Shown here piece after piece: positions 29,901 through 44,900 of a stretch of 64,000 nt of DNA. The first letter of the stretch is position 1, and the number at the start of each line of letters is the position of its first letter. The stretch is from Trichoplax sp. H2 (Eukaryota): NCBI GenBank assembly GCA_003344405.1, contig NOWV01000127.1, positions 1 through 64,000 of the forward strand. The letters are read 5' to 3'. The position numbers and the translations under genes were made by a program. A model generated the notes under the pieces. It searched no databases. It was not told the DNA's origin and saw only the letters and a list, made by a program, of their open reading frames with translations.

Positions 29901-32900
29901 TAATGAATTATCACTATTATCGTTTAAATCCTCATTACCTCGACTTTTTTTTATTATATTAGCTCATTAGAAATAATTATCACGATATAATGTTATTTAG
30001 ATTATTATTTTTGTTATAGCATGTTTAATACGGTGCGTTGGCAAACAAATCTTTATTTGTTGTAATACTTTAGTTGTAATGAATTAACCTGAGGATTTAT
30101 TGCGACTCCCTTGCTATTATTATTACTGAAGAAAGACGGAGATATAAAATTGTATTTATTCTACTAAGCTATAGCGTGATTTAAACGTTAAACTTCTTTT
30201 TGGGGGTTATGATTAAAATGCTAGAACCACCGTGGTCTGTACAAAGTGTGCAAATATCAAATATCATGCCACGATCCTTGACAATATCCTGGGATCTTCC
30301 TATATTTACTGGAAATACGCCGTTAACTAACTATTCTGTAACCATTACTAATGTCGATAATCGAACAATTGCAATTAACTGTTCATCAAGCATCGTCACT
30401 AACGCCTGTGTCGTGCCTCCAACGATAACATCAGTCAATTTTAGCGGATTAAAACCTAACACCTTCTATTATATTTTGGTCTGGGCAAGTAATGCTGTTG
30501 GTAATAGCGGAATAATATCCACTTCGTCCACAACTAATGAAACAAGTACAAAATAGTCAATACAAAAAAATTATTCCTATTTTAAATTAGTATAAATCAG
30601 CGTATTCATATGACTGATGATATCATCACTTCTAAACTGCAAGTAAACCCGATATGTACTGTTACTGTTTTAGAAGTAACTCATCTTATCCGATTATCTT
30701 TATGTAATTATTACAGATCCTGAAGATACTGTCAATAATCTATATGCATTGGGATATAATTCTACCACTATTCGAATAAAATGGACACCACCTAAGCTAC
30801 CGAACGGTCAAATCAACTACCGATTGTACCAGTGGAAAGCTACTTACCCTTATAATGTCACTGATATACAATCAGCAGTTTTGTATGATGGAGGAAGTAC
30901 TAGTTTTGATTCTACCAATTTAGAAGAAAATCAAGTTTATTTTTACCAGGTCATTCCATATAATATTAAGTATGGCCTGATAGGTCCAATGGGAATGATT
31001 ATAAATGGCACAACTCATGAAGACGGTAAGTAAATTCGTAAATAAAAATAATTGTGTTGTATTAATTAGGATATCTTCACGATTACGTACATTATAGATT
31101 TTAAATGTGCTATCTTCTAGTAGTACCGTCTGAATGAGCCAGTATTTTTGCACGATTACTTTTGAATACTGAGATTTCGAATTACAGTAATACCTAGTGT
31201 AATATTCGAAAATGTTAATTTCTACCAGTTATAATCCTCTTTTGCATGTTGTATCATAGTTCCTAGTGCACCTCCAACAAATATTAGCGTTATATCCACA
31301 ACTCCGTGGTCAATTTCTGTTACGTGGTTGCCGCCACCACTATCCCATCGAAACGGTGTTATTATGAATTATAACATTTCCTATTACTCAACAAAATGGA
31401 GACATGGCGGAAGCACACAAGTTAGTGACGGTAAAACAGTATCAGTTCTTGGAGGGTTAATACCATATACTGCTTACAACATTACAATTAAAGCAGCGAC
31501 TATCATTGGATATGGGCCCAGTAGTGACGATATAATATCTGTAACAGAACAAACTGGTAAGAATTACGTGCTATAACATATTCTGTTATTAAATAGTACC
31601 TACTATCATCAAGATCTACTTTAATTTTCATGGTGTAGACGTCGTGTGATTCAAACATTGTAAAAACTTGATACATAACAGATAACTTTGTAAAACGTTA
31701 TACACAGAATATCTGATGATACTAATTTTGACTTGTTACGATCTATTCTACATCCTCTATTATAGTTCCTAGTGCTTCTCCAGTTAACGTTAGCGCTACA
31801 ACAGTATCGGCTTGGTCAATAGTTGTTACCTGGCTACCACTACCGATATCTTATCAACATGGCGTTATAATTAATTATCATATTTCATATTATTCTAGCG
31901 AATGGCAACATGGTAATACTATACAAACCACTGGAAGTGCTATATCATTAGTACTTAACAGATTAATACCATATACAGATTATAACGTAACAGTTAAAGC
32001 TGCCACTATCATCGGATTCGGACCTGAAAGTAACGGTATAGTAACAAGAACCTTCCAAGCTGGTAAGCTTATTACATGCTATAATAAGTTAAACTATAAT
32101 ATGATTTTAAGCATTAGCAGCTACGGATATCAATATGGTTATGTAACGGTAGCAAAATGCATACAATATTTTATTGAACGAGATTAATTCTTATTATGAT
32201 TACTTTTATTTTGCCCTTATTATTATAGCTCCTGGTGCTCCTCCAGCTAATATTAGCACCACATCAATATCGGCTTGGTCAATCTCTATTAACTGGCTAC
32301 CACCACCATTAATCGATCAAAATGGAATTATAATTAATTATAATGTTACTTACTATTCTAGTAAATGGAAAGATACCGGTACTATACAAGTCGATAACAA
32401 TAATACATCATTAGTGCTTGACGGATTAAGGCCATATACAGATTATAATGTAACAATTAAAGCGGCTACAGTCATTGGATTCGGACCTGACAGTATGGGT
32501 ATAATAACAAGAACATTACAAACCTGTGAGTATTACGTGCTGTGAATAATCACGTCTTCGTTTATGACTATTGACTATATTATTATCATTTTAGCGTAAT
32601 TTATCTACAGCAAGATATGAATATATATACAACACAGTACGATAAATTAGACAATATCTTCTGATTTACCTTGAATTTACCTTTATTCTAATAGTTCCTA
32701 CTGCTCCTCCAAGCAACGTTAGTACGATACCAATTTCCGGTCGGTTAATCTCTGTTGCTTGGCTACCGCCACCGATATCTGATCAAAATGGTGTTATAGT
32801 CAATTATAACATTTCTTACTATTCTAATGAATGGAAGCATGGTGATACTATACAAGTTAGCGGTAATACAACATCCTTGCTTCTTGAAGAATTAATACCG

Positions 32901-35900
32901 CACACAAATTATAGTATCACTGTTAAAGCAGCTACTATTATTGGATTTGGACCAGCCAGTATCGGTATAGTTACAAGGACACCACAAATTGGTAAATATC
33001 GTATGCTATGATTATAATTAGTCTTGTCACGAAGCAGGCATACAAATCATCTTACTTTAATGATATGGATATGAAAATACCCATATTATATACAGGAAAA
33101 TTTGGTAATATTTAACTGCTATTCATTTTTATTTGTTATTCGTTATTTGTCGATAGTACCTAGCAGTCCTCCAGTTAACGTAAACGCTACAGCAATATCG
33201 GCTTGGTCAATCTCCGTTACTTGGCTACCTCTGCCGATATCAAATCAACATGGCGTTATAATTAATTATAATATTTCTTATTATTCTAATAAATGGCAGC
33301 AAGGTAGTACTATACAAACTAGCGGAAATATCACAACGTTGGTTCTTGTTGGATTAATACCATATACAGATTATAACATAACAGTTAAAGCAGCCAATAT
33401 CATCGGATTCGGACCGGACAGTATTGGTATATTAACAAGAACATTTCAAGCCGGTAAAACATGTCAAATACTACGACTAAAAATTTAAAACCTTATTAGT
33501 AGCTAGTAATATCATCTTGATTTAATATAACTGTAGTACTGTGCACTCTCTATAGCCAAATTTAATGTAACTAACCTTGCTTTTGCATTTATCACTAAAG
33601 TTCCTGGTGCTCCGCCATCTAATATCAGCGCTATGTCGTTAACCGCTTCGTCAATTTCTGTTAGTTGGCTGCCGCCACCGTTATTGGATCAAAATGGAAT
33701 CATTATCAATTATAGTATTTCTTATTATTCTAATATACGGATGCATGGTAGTACTATACAAGTTAGCGGCAATACGTCATCGCAGATTCTTCGCAGATTA
33801 TTTCCATATACATATTATAATATTACGATTAAAGCAGCAACCACCGTTGGATTTGGATCCAGTAGCACCAATATATTAACAAATACACTACAAACTGGTA
33901 AGCACATCTGATGCTATGATTAACGATGTTAGGCCCATTATAATTAGTAATTGCAACATGCACAGAACTTTCGACAGTCTTAATTTCTATATGTCGTATT
34001 TAATATTTCTTTACTCCTAGTTCCTTCTGCTGCTCCAGCTAATGTTAGAGCTACAATAATATCTGCTCGATCAATTTCTGTTACCTGGCTACCGCCACCG
34101 AAATCAGATCAAAATGGTGTTATAACCAATTATAATATTGCTTACTATTCCAGTAAATGGAGCCATGGTGGTGAAATACAAGTTAGCGGCAATATCACAA
34201 TGCTGGTTATTGATAAATTAATAGCTTACTCAGATTACAATGTAACAGTTAAAGCAAGTACCATTATTGGATTTGGACCTAAGAGTATCGGTATAATAAC
34301 GAGAACATTACAAGCTGGTAAGTTTCCTTTGTTAATTATATCGCCTTTCTACAGCTTCTGCAAGTACTGACTGGTATTATGTTGATCTAATTTAATGATA
34401 GTATGAGTAGAATACGCGTGCACTATGTACAGGAACTTCTCGTACGCGATATTATTTGTTTCTTATTATATTTTCCATTTACCGTTATATTTTAGTTCCT
34501 AGTTCTCCTCCAACTAACGTTAGCATTATTCCGATATCTGCTCGGTCTATCTCAGTGAGTTGGCAGCCACCACCGATATCTGATCAAAACGGCATTATAA
34601 CCAATTACAGTATCTCCTACTACTCCACTAAACGGAGTCATGGCGGTGAAATGCAAGTTAGCAGTGAAACTGCATCGTTTGTTATTCGTCAATTAATACC
34701 TTACACAGATTACAATATAACAGTTAAAGCAAGCACTATTATCGGGTTTGGACCTTACAGTATGGGTATATTAACAAGAACATTACAAGCTGGTAAGTAT
34801 AGTACGCTAGTTACATCGCTTTCTTACGCCTTCTGCACTTACTAATACGGTATTATGCAGGTCTAATTTAATTATTATACGACTGTAGTATGTACAAGAA
34901 CTTCTCGTACGCGATATTACTTATTTCCTATTATACGTATATTTCATTTACGGTTATATTTTAGTTCCTAGTGCTCCTCCAACCAATGTTAGCATTATTC
35001 CGATATCCGCTCGTTCTATCTCAGTGAGTTGGTTGCCACCACCGATATCTGATCAAAACGGCATTATAACCAATTATAGTATCTCCTACTATTCCAGTCA
35101 ACGGAGTCATGGCGGTGAAATACAAGTTAGCGGCAATATCACATTGTTGGTTATTCGTCAATTAATACCTTACACAGATTACAATATAACAGTTAAAGCA
35201 AGTACTATTATCGGATTTGGACCTTACAGTATCGACATATTAACAAGAACATTACAAGCTGGTAAGTATAGTACACTAATTGCATCGCTTTCCTACAGCT
35301 TCTGCAACTATCAATATCATGCAGATCTAACTTAATCGTACTACGAGTATAGCATTGACAAGAATTTCTTGTACTATATTACTTGTTACTTATTATATTG
35401 TTAATTTACCATTATATTTTAGTTCCTAGCGCTCCTCCAACTAATGTTAGCGCTATAGCGATATCCGCTGAGTCTATCTCAGTCAGTTGGCTGCCACCGC
35501 CGATATTCGATCAAAATGGTATAATAATCAGTTATAACATCTCCTGCTATTCTAGTAAATGGAGTCATGAGAGTGAAATGCAAGTTAGCGGGAATACCAC
35601 ATCGTTAGTTGTTCATAAATTAATACCTTACACAGATTACAATATAACAGTTAAAGCAAGCACTATTATTGGGTTTGGACCTGGCAGTATTGGTACATTG
35701 ACAAAAACGTTTCAAGCTGGTAAGCTTGCCATTCATTTAATTGATCATAAAGTTTAGCAACTACTAACATCATCTTGATATAATTTTCATTCAATTTGTT
35801 ATTATAGCACCTGCTAGCCCTGTAATACAGAACGTTTCCCTTATAAATAATAATAATACTGTCCGAGTTGGCTGGCAAGTAAGCTGAATGATTTTACTGA

Positions 35901-38900
35901 TTTCAATAGTTATTACCGTTTGAATTAAATACAGCATCTGATGATTTTTTCTGGCGTCTATCAGTTACCGTTATAGTAATAGCATAGTAATACAAAAAGT
36001 ATCGTAGGTAAAAGAACCTCCCAAAAAATGATTGATGAAGTAATTGTGTTAGATTTCTATACAGACGTTACTTTCATCTACAGTATTCCTATCTATTAAT
36101 TGAAACTATAGTTCGTGATAATTTTCTAATACCAGTTAAACATATATTTGCCCGCGTAGTATTTAACTCTTAATGTAAACTGTTAACAGAGCGCCAAATA
36201 TTATTGACCATGTCCTTAATAATACTATATTAGGCTTTATGATGTACCTAGATCTATGTTCGGCCATAATAAATTATATTGCCACCCAAGTAAATATGAC
36301 TGCTGGTAATTCCAGCAGAAAGTAGTATTAGCAATTATTTGCTATATATTCGAAAAGATCAAAATATAACAACTTGTAAATTTGTCTATGCGATTGTAAA
36401 CTAGAAGGGTAGTTGCTAGCCAATACTAAATAGTAGTTTTGTAGATGCAATTCAGAAGCGTAATAAAATTTACTTTATCCTCAGGAATATAAAAAGATAG
36501 TATCATGATGTTATTCTCAATGCATTTCATTTTATTTTACTATTATATAAACTAGTTGATACCAGAAAGACAACGTAATGGTATCGTTCTTGGATATTAT
36601 ATCGTCTTCCGTAATACCAAGTTTGGCTTTTTCGATAATCGTACTATTTACGTTAACCAAACAACGACCAACGTCAACACTAGATATTATAGTGCTGCTA
36701 ACCTAAAGTATTATTCAACCTATCTAATATTCTTATACGCTTTTACTGCTGCGGGCACAAGTCCAAAAAGCTTACAGAAATCGATTGAAACATTAGAATC
36801 AGGTCAGTATCCATGAAACTTTTAGTAAACTATCTTAATTTATTGCGTAAACAGTATTTTCAGGTAACGAAAAATTTATTTTACACCAGCTGCATGGATA
36901 TTTTTACAAAAATTGGGCGCCATTACGCAATAAAATATTATACCAATTCGTTATAGGCTTATTAATACTATAAAGTTTAAGTATACCTGTAAACCTATCT
37001 ACTGAACAAAGATATAATGTATAATAAGCGTACATATTGTTACTGAACATTCACTGTGTTTATATTCACTCGCAGTCCCTTCGGCATCTCCGATCAATGT
37101 AATGACTACATCTGGAACTTTAGCTGCTACATCAATCGTTATTAGTTGGAGTCCACCTCTGCTAGTCAATCAAAACGGAATTATCACAAAATACAAAGTA
37201 TCATATTCCCTGCAAAATAAAAATAGTTTGTCTGATAGCACTATTATTACGCTCGGAAATGTTAATCAGCACTCCATATACAATTTGCTGCCATCTACTA
37301 ATTATTCCATACTAGTAGCGGCAGCAACTTCGGTTGGCTTCGGACCATATCATTCACCCGTTACTCATTTAACTTATCCAGCAGGTAATCGACTAAATTT
37401 AAAGATTAAAATCATTTCACACTACTAATACAGTCTTTGATATTATTTGTAACCAAATGAAATAGTGGCTCCAAATGTAACCCAACAGCCTCGGAACAGA
37501 ACTGTTGCAGCTGGAACAGATATAACCCTAGAGTGTAGAGCAACCGGTGATCCAGTACCTACTGTGCAATGGTTGTCCAATGGCCAATTAGCATCATCCA
37601 TATACAGCGTTGTTACTAAAGCTGGTTATGGAAGTTTATTCATAAAGAATAGTAATACAGCAGATAATGGAACTTATCAATGCCAATTTACAAATAGTAA
37701 AGGATCAGTAATGTCGAACTCTGCCTATATATACGTTAATGGTAATCAAACTACTCCATTGAGTAGAAGTTTAAATATATTTTTAAGTCAACAGCAGCCC
37801 GATATTGCTTTTCATTTAAAAGTCATATACTAGCGCTAATAATTTCTAACGTATAGAAAAGCAATCGTTAGAATATACCTTGAAAGAAATTTATATTGAT
37901 ATCCTATTTCTTTTTTTGTGATTATATGGCATATCAGATGGCAACATTACAGGGTTTTGTCTTGGTGAAATTACAAGTGATATGAAATGGTCTAAAACAT
38001 ATAACGGTTATACTGCGATAGCAAAATGCCCTGTATCTGCTAAAGGTAAAAATCTCTATTTTGATTTACATGTTAATTTTATCGCTTGCAGAATTGATTT
38101 CTAACACCCAATATACCTGTTATAAATAGTTTAATTTTGCAATTAAAGTTGTCTTCTATAAATTAAATATGATTCTATGATCAGGTAATGCTACTCGTTC
38201 ATGTAAGCTTAATACCAATGGCAATTCCGTATGGGATGATATCGATACGACTAATTGTGAAACTCCATCATTTGATGTTCTATCGGTCTTGGTAAATATG
38301 GAAGCCACAGTAGCATTTAGTCTTTTATCATATTCTTACCTAACTAGCATACGTAAAAAGCTCATCTATAATGTTTAAAATTAGATTTATTGATAATAGT
38401 TATAACAATATTATTATTTTCACAGCATGTTCTAACAACGAATATACATGATAGTGATAGAATATATTCTCTTTAAGTTAATACGTGTGTGCATATTATG
38501 AAGATTGGAAAGCTTATATTGTACCGTACTCATCAATCTTAATTACACACTTTTCATAATTTGTAAATTGAAAATTGCACCTACAATTTCACGAATTACT
38601 ACAATCACAATAATAACTGTCGATTGTAATTGCCGAACTTGTATTACTAAGTACACGTAAAAATGATTTGAAAGCTGTATATGTTATGCTACATATTTGG
38701 ATAAAATCCTAATATAATTATTGACGGATATTTAACAGACTCAACAACTTAATACAGTGGGTACCAATTTTTCTGAAACCATTATCGATGGTTTAGTTAG
38801 AACGACAACAGGCAGAAAGTTATATGGCGGAGATATTGTCATATCCGCCTCTATATTATCAAAATTGAATGAAGTCATGCCCTCTGTTTCTGAATCAGAA

Positions 38901-41900
38901 TTAAATGTAAGCAAAAGCAAATTTATTTTTCTTATAATAAACTGTACTGAGGTCTAGATTTGCTGATCTTCCCAGAAATTGGTCACAATTCAAAGTAATC
39001 TATTCAATACTCAAAATAAAGAAGGGTGGAAATTTTCCCAAAAGGTTCGAGAAAATAATTCATCCAATCTATCTGATACCTATATATCAAGTTTCAAATT
39101 CTTTATAGTATAGTGATAAGGATAATTATTTTGGACGTATAAGTAGTTTATATTTTTGAAATTAAGAAATTATCTTACATTAGCTAGTGAAGTACAAGAA
39201 TTTTTGTAAATTGGAAATTGCTGTACATTTCTTTGCAGTTTTGCCGAAGCAGTAGTAACAACCAATCAATTTTAAGGAACTTGGAAGAATTTGCTAATAA
39301 GGCGACTATTCTATCAGCAACCAATAAGACAACAGTAAATGCCAATAATTTAGGTAGGCGATAATTAACAGAGACTATTCGTGATATCCATTAATGTAAA
39401 ATTATATTGTATATAAATCCATTTGGTAGTAATCATTGTTAATCTAAGCGTCACATAAAATGGAAATGGGTTCTAACGTACAAATTTTTGCTATACATTT
39501 ATTAATTAAATCATATTCATGCAATAGTACGTGTATTATTTTGTTAGCATATTCTGTGGAATTTCTACGAGATTTGCTAGCATAAATAAATACGAGAAAG
39601 TAATTCGCGCACAGAATTTTCCATTGATTAGTGTGCTAAGTCTTTTCTTGCTGAAAAAGATTCATTCAGCTATACTTTAATAAGTATCAATTGCAACGAT
39701 TATACAAGTGTAATTGCTGATGGTTAAATTTCTATCCATGTTTTTATTATTGAATCGCAGTGATAATGCATTCACAAAAGATATACAGTACATGCAACGA
39801 TGAACTACTAGTAGAAATATATATTAAGAACTAGACTGCATATCCTAAGCAATTATAATTCTGTACCGCTATTTTATCCTCAGAAACACTCATTTGAGCC
39901 TTTTAATTGCATTAAAGAGTCAGATAAACTACTTATGTATAACACTTACAAACAGACTATGAATGTATAAATTAAGATAAACTATTCTTTATTGGGTAAA
40001 ATGCGATTTTCGAGCTTATGCATATGTCATAAGCTAGCTTCGTGACAAGGATAACGTAAAGTAAATTTCTAATTTACTAAAGTCTCCGGGATTCAGTATC
40101 CCTTAACTATCTCACAAGAATTTAGACGTCGTTGTTTCTACGTTAAACGACTAGAGAAGTCCGATTTTATTCAGCTATCTACTGAGCTTAAATACCTTTC
40201 GGCAGCAGCTAGTATGAATGAGTCATCATAAGATTATGAAATTTAATTCATACTAGATAAGTAAATTAATACAGAAATATTTATAATCGTAGACATGTAC
40301 TGAATGATTCTTGATAATTAGACTACAGTATGTCCATTCACAGAATTATTCATGGCATCGTCTATAATTGAATATCTTCAGGATATTAATCACAAGCGTC
40401 ACAAGACATAGCACTATAATAAATTAACATCTGTTACTATATAAGAACTCTTACTACAACTGTGCAGCATAATTTACTGTAAGAAATAATAACTATTGTG
40501 GTTCTTACTGTAAGCCATTAATAATTGCCATCATATATAAATGTTAATTTACTAAATTTAGTCATTTAACTCTTCGTGGTAGTTCGTACCATAACAGTAT
40601 AGTAATAGATTAATAATTATACAAATTGTCTGAAAATATTCTGTAACTTGAAGCTGTCGCAATCTATGACCTTGATGGTGTATCTGCAAGTTCTGATTTT
40701 CACGTTACCGATGGTACAAATATGGCAACCGGAATACGAATTTCACTGCCTAAGGCTACAATCCAAAATAATCAACGTATGTACTCTTGTGTACTGTTTA
40801 TTTGATACTTGCTTCTACTATCAATGGAATTATCCAAGTTATTTTAATAGCGTAATATTAAATCTAAAGTAGTATTTTACTATAATATTATTGTACAACT
40901 GCACCAATAGAAATACGAATTGTAGTACGTAGCTAAACTAATCGAGATCGTCCAGAATATTTTTTAGTTTCAATACTTAAACAGGATTTATTTTTCTCAA
41001 TAATTGGCATAGTTATCAAAGCTGTTGTCATCACTTATAAAACCCTTAAGGAAATGATACCTTCTTCATCAGCTAACTCAAGGTATCTCAAACTACTAGA
41101 TATAAAATTTAATTTTTTGAGAACATTATTTAATGATGTTATAGTCACTTTTATGATAGTATTTTGAAATGGAATAAATATATTATTAAAGCAGGAATCT
41201 TTAGAAAAGATTATTACTTCTATAAATTATAACTCCGCCTGAACTATAGTACAGAAAGTAATTAATACTGAAAATGTGCTACTATTTGGGTATAAAATAT
41301 ATTTCTTTGTTAATACGAATAAGTTACTAAGTAATAGGTAGCTATAATCAAATTATAATTAGTAGAGATTTTGACTCGACTTTCAATTTCATATTAATGC
41401 TTGAAACTATCGTTGCCATAATTTTTGGATGTATTTATTTTTCTCTTTTCAATGAAAGCGTTGCTGGCAAAGATGATATTAATTTCGGTTGATAATATCA
41501 TTTTGAACTTATAAATTAAAAACTACTTAGTATCTTTAACACATTTTCAATGGTTCTAATAGAACTTATCCTTTCAATAAATCTAAGATCATCGATACAC
41601 GTACAAAGCAGAGTACTATAATATCATTTTCTAATCTACTACACCATTATAATATACGTTTTCCTACATTTTTGTAGCAACATTAATCCAGCTGGTAGTA
41701 CTATTCAAATTAATTCTCAAATTATTTCCATATCATTCTATCCTGATCGATATGGAAATCTCTCTCATCCTGTTCGAATAATATTTGAAAATACAAATGT
41801 TAGTTAAGTATATCATTACTTAAAAATACTTAATAAGGCAATGATCAATTAATTTCCTTAAAACAGTTTGTTATGATATATCGACTTTATCATATTATCG

Positions 41901-44900
41901 TATTTAATCTAGACAATTGAAAATAAGAATACAGCGAAAGAAAACGTCTGCGCATTTTGGGCTTCGGCACCAAGGTAAGTAAAAACTATTACAATTATTG
42001 TACACCGACAATTCAATAACCTTCATAGCATTTGCTAAAGTAAACAGAAAATCTTAATTCATTACACTGATTCAGTAGACCTGTCTTATACGTCATCATG
42101 AGTTTTCCTCCAACGATATCATAAGATTTCTATCTGATGATGTAGCACAATTTTTTAATGTAAAACATATGTGTATGTACTAATACCAATTTGAAGCTCC
42201 TTATCATCATGTCGATTTAAGACCTAGACGTGATAGTAAACTTAATCTTAGAAAACTATTATTGCATACTGTAGCCTTATCTTAATAGAATTAACCGATG
42301 AGATCTTCTGTTGCAAAGTACCTTATTACGGCTTAGCAACATCAAGTTAATCGAATCGTTGTAGGCAATTTTAATACATATTACAATTATAATTAACAGC
42401 ACACTATTTGGTTTCATTTGAATTTTGAATTGATAAATAGTCAATGCGGATGGGATTCAACAGGTTGCCGGACTGGATCTGAATCAAATTCAACACATAC
42501 AGTCTGTTACTGTAGCCATACTACTACATTTTCCGTTATAACAAGGGATAAGTTGGTACGAGTCTGTAATCATCATTTTTATTACTTTTATGTAATTGCG
42601 CCCAATTATTAATTATATAGGAATACCGTACTCATGCTATTTTAAAAACTGTTACATGTGTCTATATAGAATTCTGCAAGTATTATTTCTTATCAATTAA
42701 TTATCAATCTCACATAGGTTCAGAGTCTTCAAATTGAAGTTATCACCTATATCTGTTGTGGAATAGCCATCGCAGTCTTGGCCCTGACCATTGCTATTTT
42801 TGTTATGCATTGGAAGTTAGTATCGGCTAAGTATTAATATACCTATAATATAAGTCAGGTTACTGGTCTATACATTCCTGAGTAAATATTGTGAAGAAAT
42901 GCTATAGATTGAATAAACAATACCCTTTCGTATACCAATCCAAGATATTACTCACCTTTTTATAATAAAACCATAGCAGAAGTTTATTATTGATTTTAAT
43001 CACTTTCTAATAGGATTGCATTAAGTTTCTAATAAGTACCGCAGTTCATAGTTCTTGTAAAGTCCCCAAAAAAGAGAAAATTTAGACTAATGTCATTGAT
43101 AATAAAATTCAATCCTTCTATAGCACGAATATTTAATACTTTTTACTGTTACTGTTAGGGACGTCAAGAGCATCGTAAATGTCATGAATATCAATATATT
43201 TTTATGCCTCCTGATGATTAACATTTTGGTGATATCTGGATTAACAGCGATTTATTGGAAGGTGAATCAAATCTTTTCTACATTTTTATCATATTTAAAT
43301 GGAAAAGTAAACCTTTCTTTTAATTGAAATGTTGTGTAATCTTAATTTACAGCCTCTGTGTGTTGCGATTTCCATTTTCTTGCATTACATCTTTTTGGCT
43401 GCCTATTCTTGGTTATTAAGATGTGCTATTTGCATGCATTATCTATTTGCCAAAAATAAATTGGCACCTGGTAGCATTATGGGAAATTTTTTGACATGCT
43501 GTAGTAAGTAGAAACTAATACTTTACGATAAATCATAGAACGCTATATTGTATATAGATATGGTTGCTTTTGACGGAACAAAAATTTTAATATATTCTTA
43601 ACATTTTCAAATTGATTGCAGTTTTACCTGCAATCATTCCAATCCTAGTTGGGATAATACAAGTGTCCCGATATGGATTTGATGGATATCTAAGCCATTA
43701 CGCGTAAGTTTCATAGACTTAGGATAAGAGTATAGAACAAAAATTTTATGTTTTACTCGTAATTGAACGATCTACTTAGTTAAGATGATTTAATCATTTC
43801 TATCATTCATGAAAGCTAAAATTTATCTTAACTACATAGGTGTTGGTTAAGTACTACTCCACCTGTGGTTGTGACTTTTATCATTCCTATGATTTTACTA
43901 GCTTTGGTATGGCATGCATGGCAGTCACCTCAAAATTACAGATCAAACTGAATCCTATTTTTTTCTAACTACGGTACTATAAATCTGTCAAAACAAAATA
44001 TAATTACATATTATCTGAAACTTTTAGGCAGCACTCATCTACAATGTATTAACTACAACAAGAGCTAGCAGTAATGCTAGAGTTGTTTATGATTATAATG
44101 ATGAAGAGCTCGAGATAAATAGGTAAAAAATCTATATATTAGACTTATTTTATATATATGAAGTTAGCGACATTAAGTTCTTTTGTATTGCTGTAAAACC
44201 TGATTTAAGCCTAGTTGCATCGGAACATTAATATTAACAAGGCTCATTATTTTTTGTAATTGATTTCTGTTCAGAAAACATTTTCGCCAATCCTTCGTAG
44301 TCTTAGTGACTTTCATTATGACTAGTATATTGTTTGTGGCATTTATATCAACCAAAGATATCGTCTGCCAATATATCTTTGCCATTATCAGTCTGATTCA
44401 AGTAAGTCTTCAATTAATCATTCTTACCCGTAACTCATGTAAGTCAAGTTCACATCTGCAGTAGTTATGTATTTACTGGTCTAATATACTGCGTATCTTT
44501 ATAGTAAGTATAAAGTGTTTTTCTCGTATGTTAATTATAAAATTCTTGTACCAGATCGCTAGCGTAAGACTAATGAAAAATTAAAAAATCTCATTGATGC
44601 ATGATTCTTTAAATATAATATGAAATGCTATACATGATAACGGACGTTACTTCTCAATAATTAATCTTTCGTTATTGAATAATATCATATGCTATACAAT
44701 TTTAGAAAGGATTTTTGATCAAAATTGATCAATTTATACTAATTTTTATACTATTGGGAGTAGATATGGGTACTGGGTGGAATATAATAGTGTTCAAAAG
44801 CTAAATGTAAACATTCTGCCTGATATTATTTAACTTACAGTACTTCTCTGATTAACTTGAGTCAAGCAATAAATGAATTGCCAAAATACTATATTATTAT

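Noticed and set aside
30225-37384. Receptor tyrosine phosphatase or Dscam/Sidekick identity for the Ig/FN3 array
   Set aside because: No single TM or PTP domain follows; the exon chain continues in phase into HormR-GAIN-7TM.
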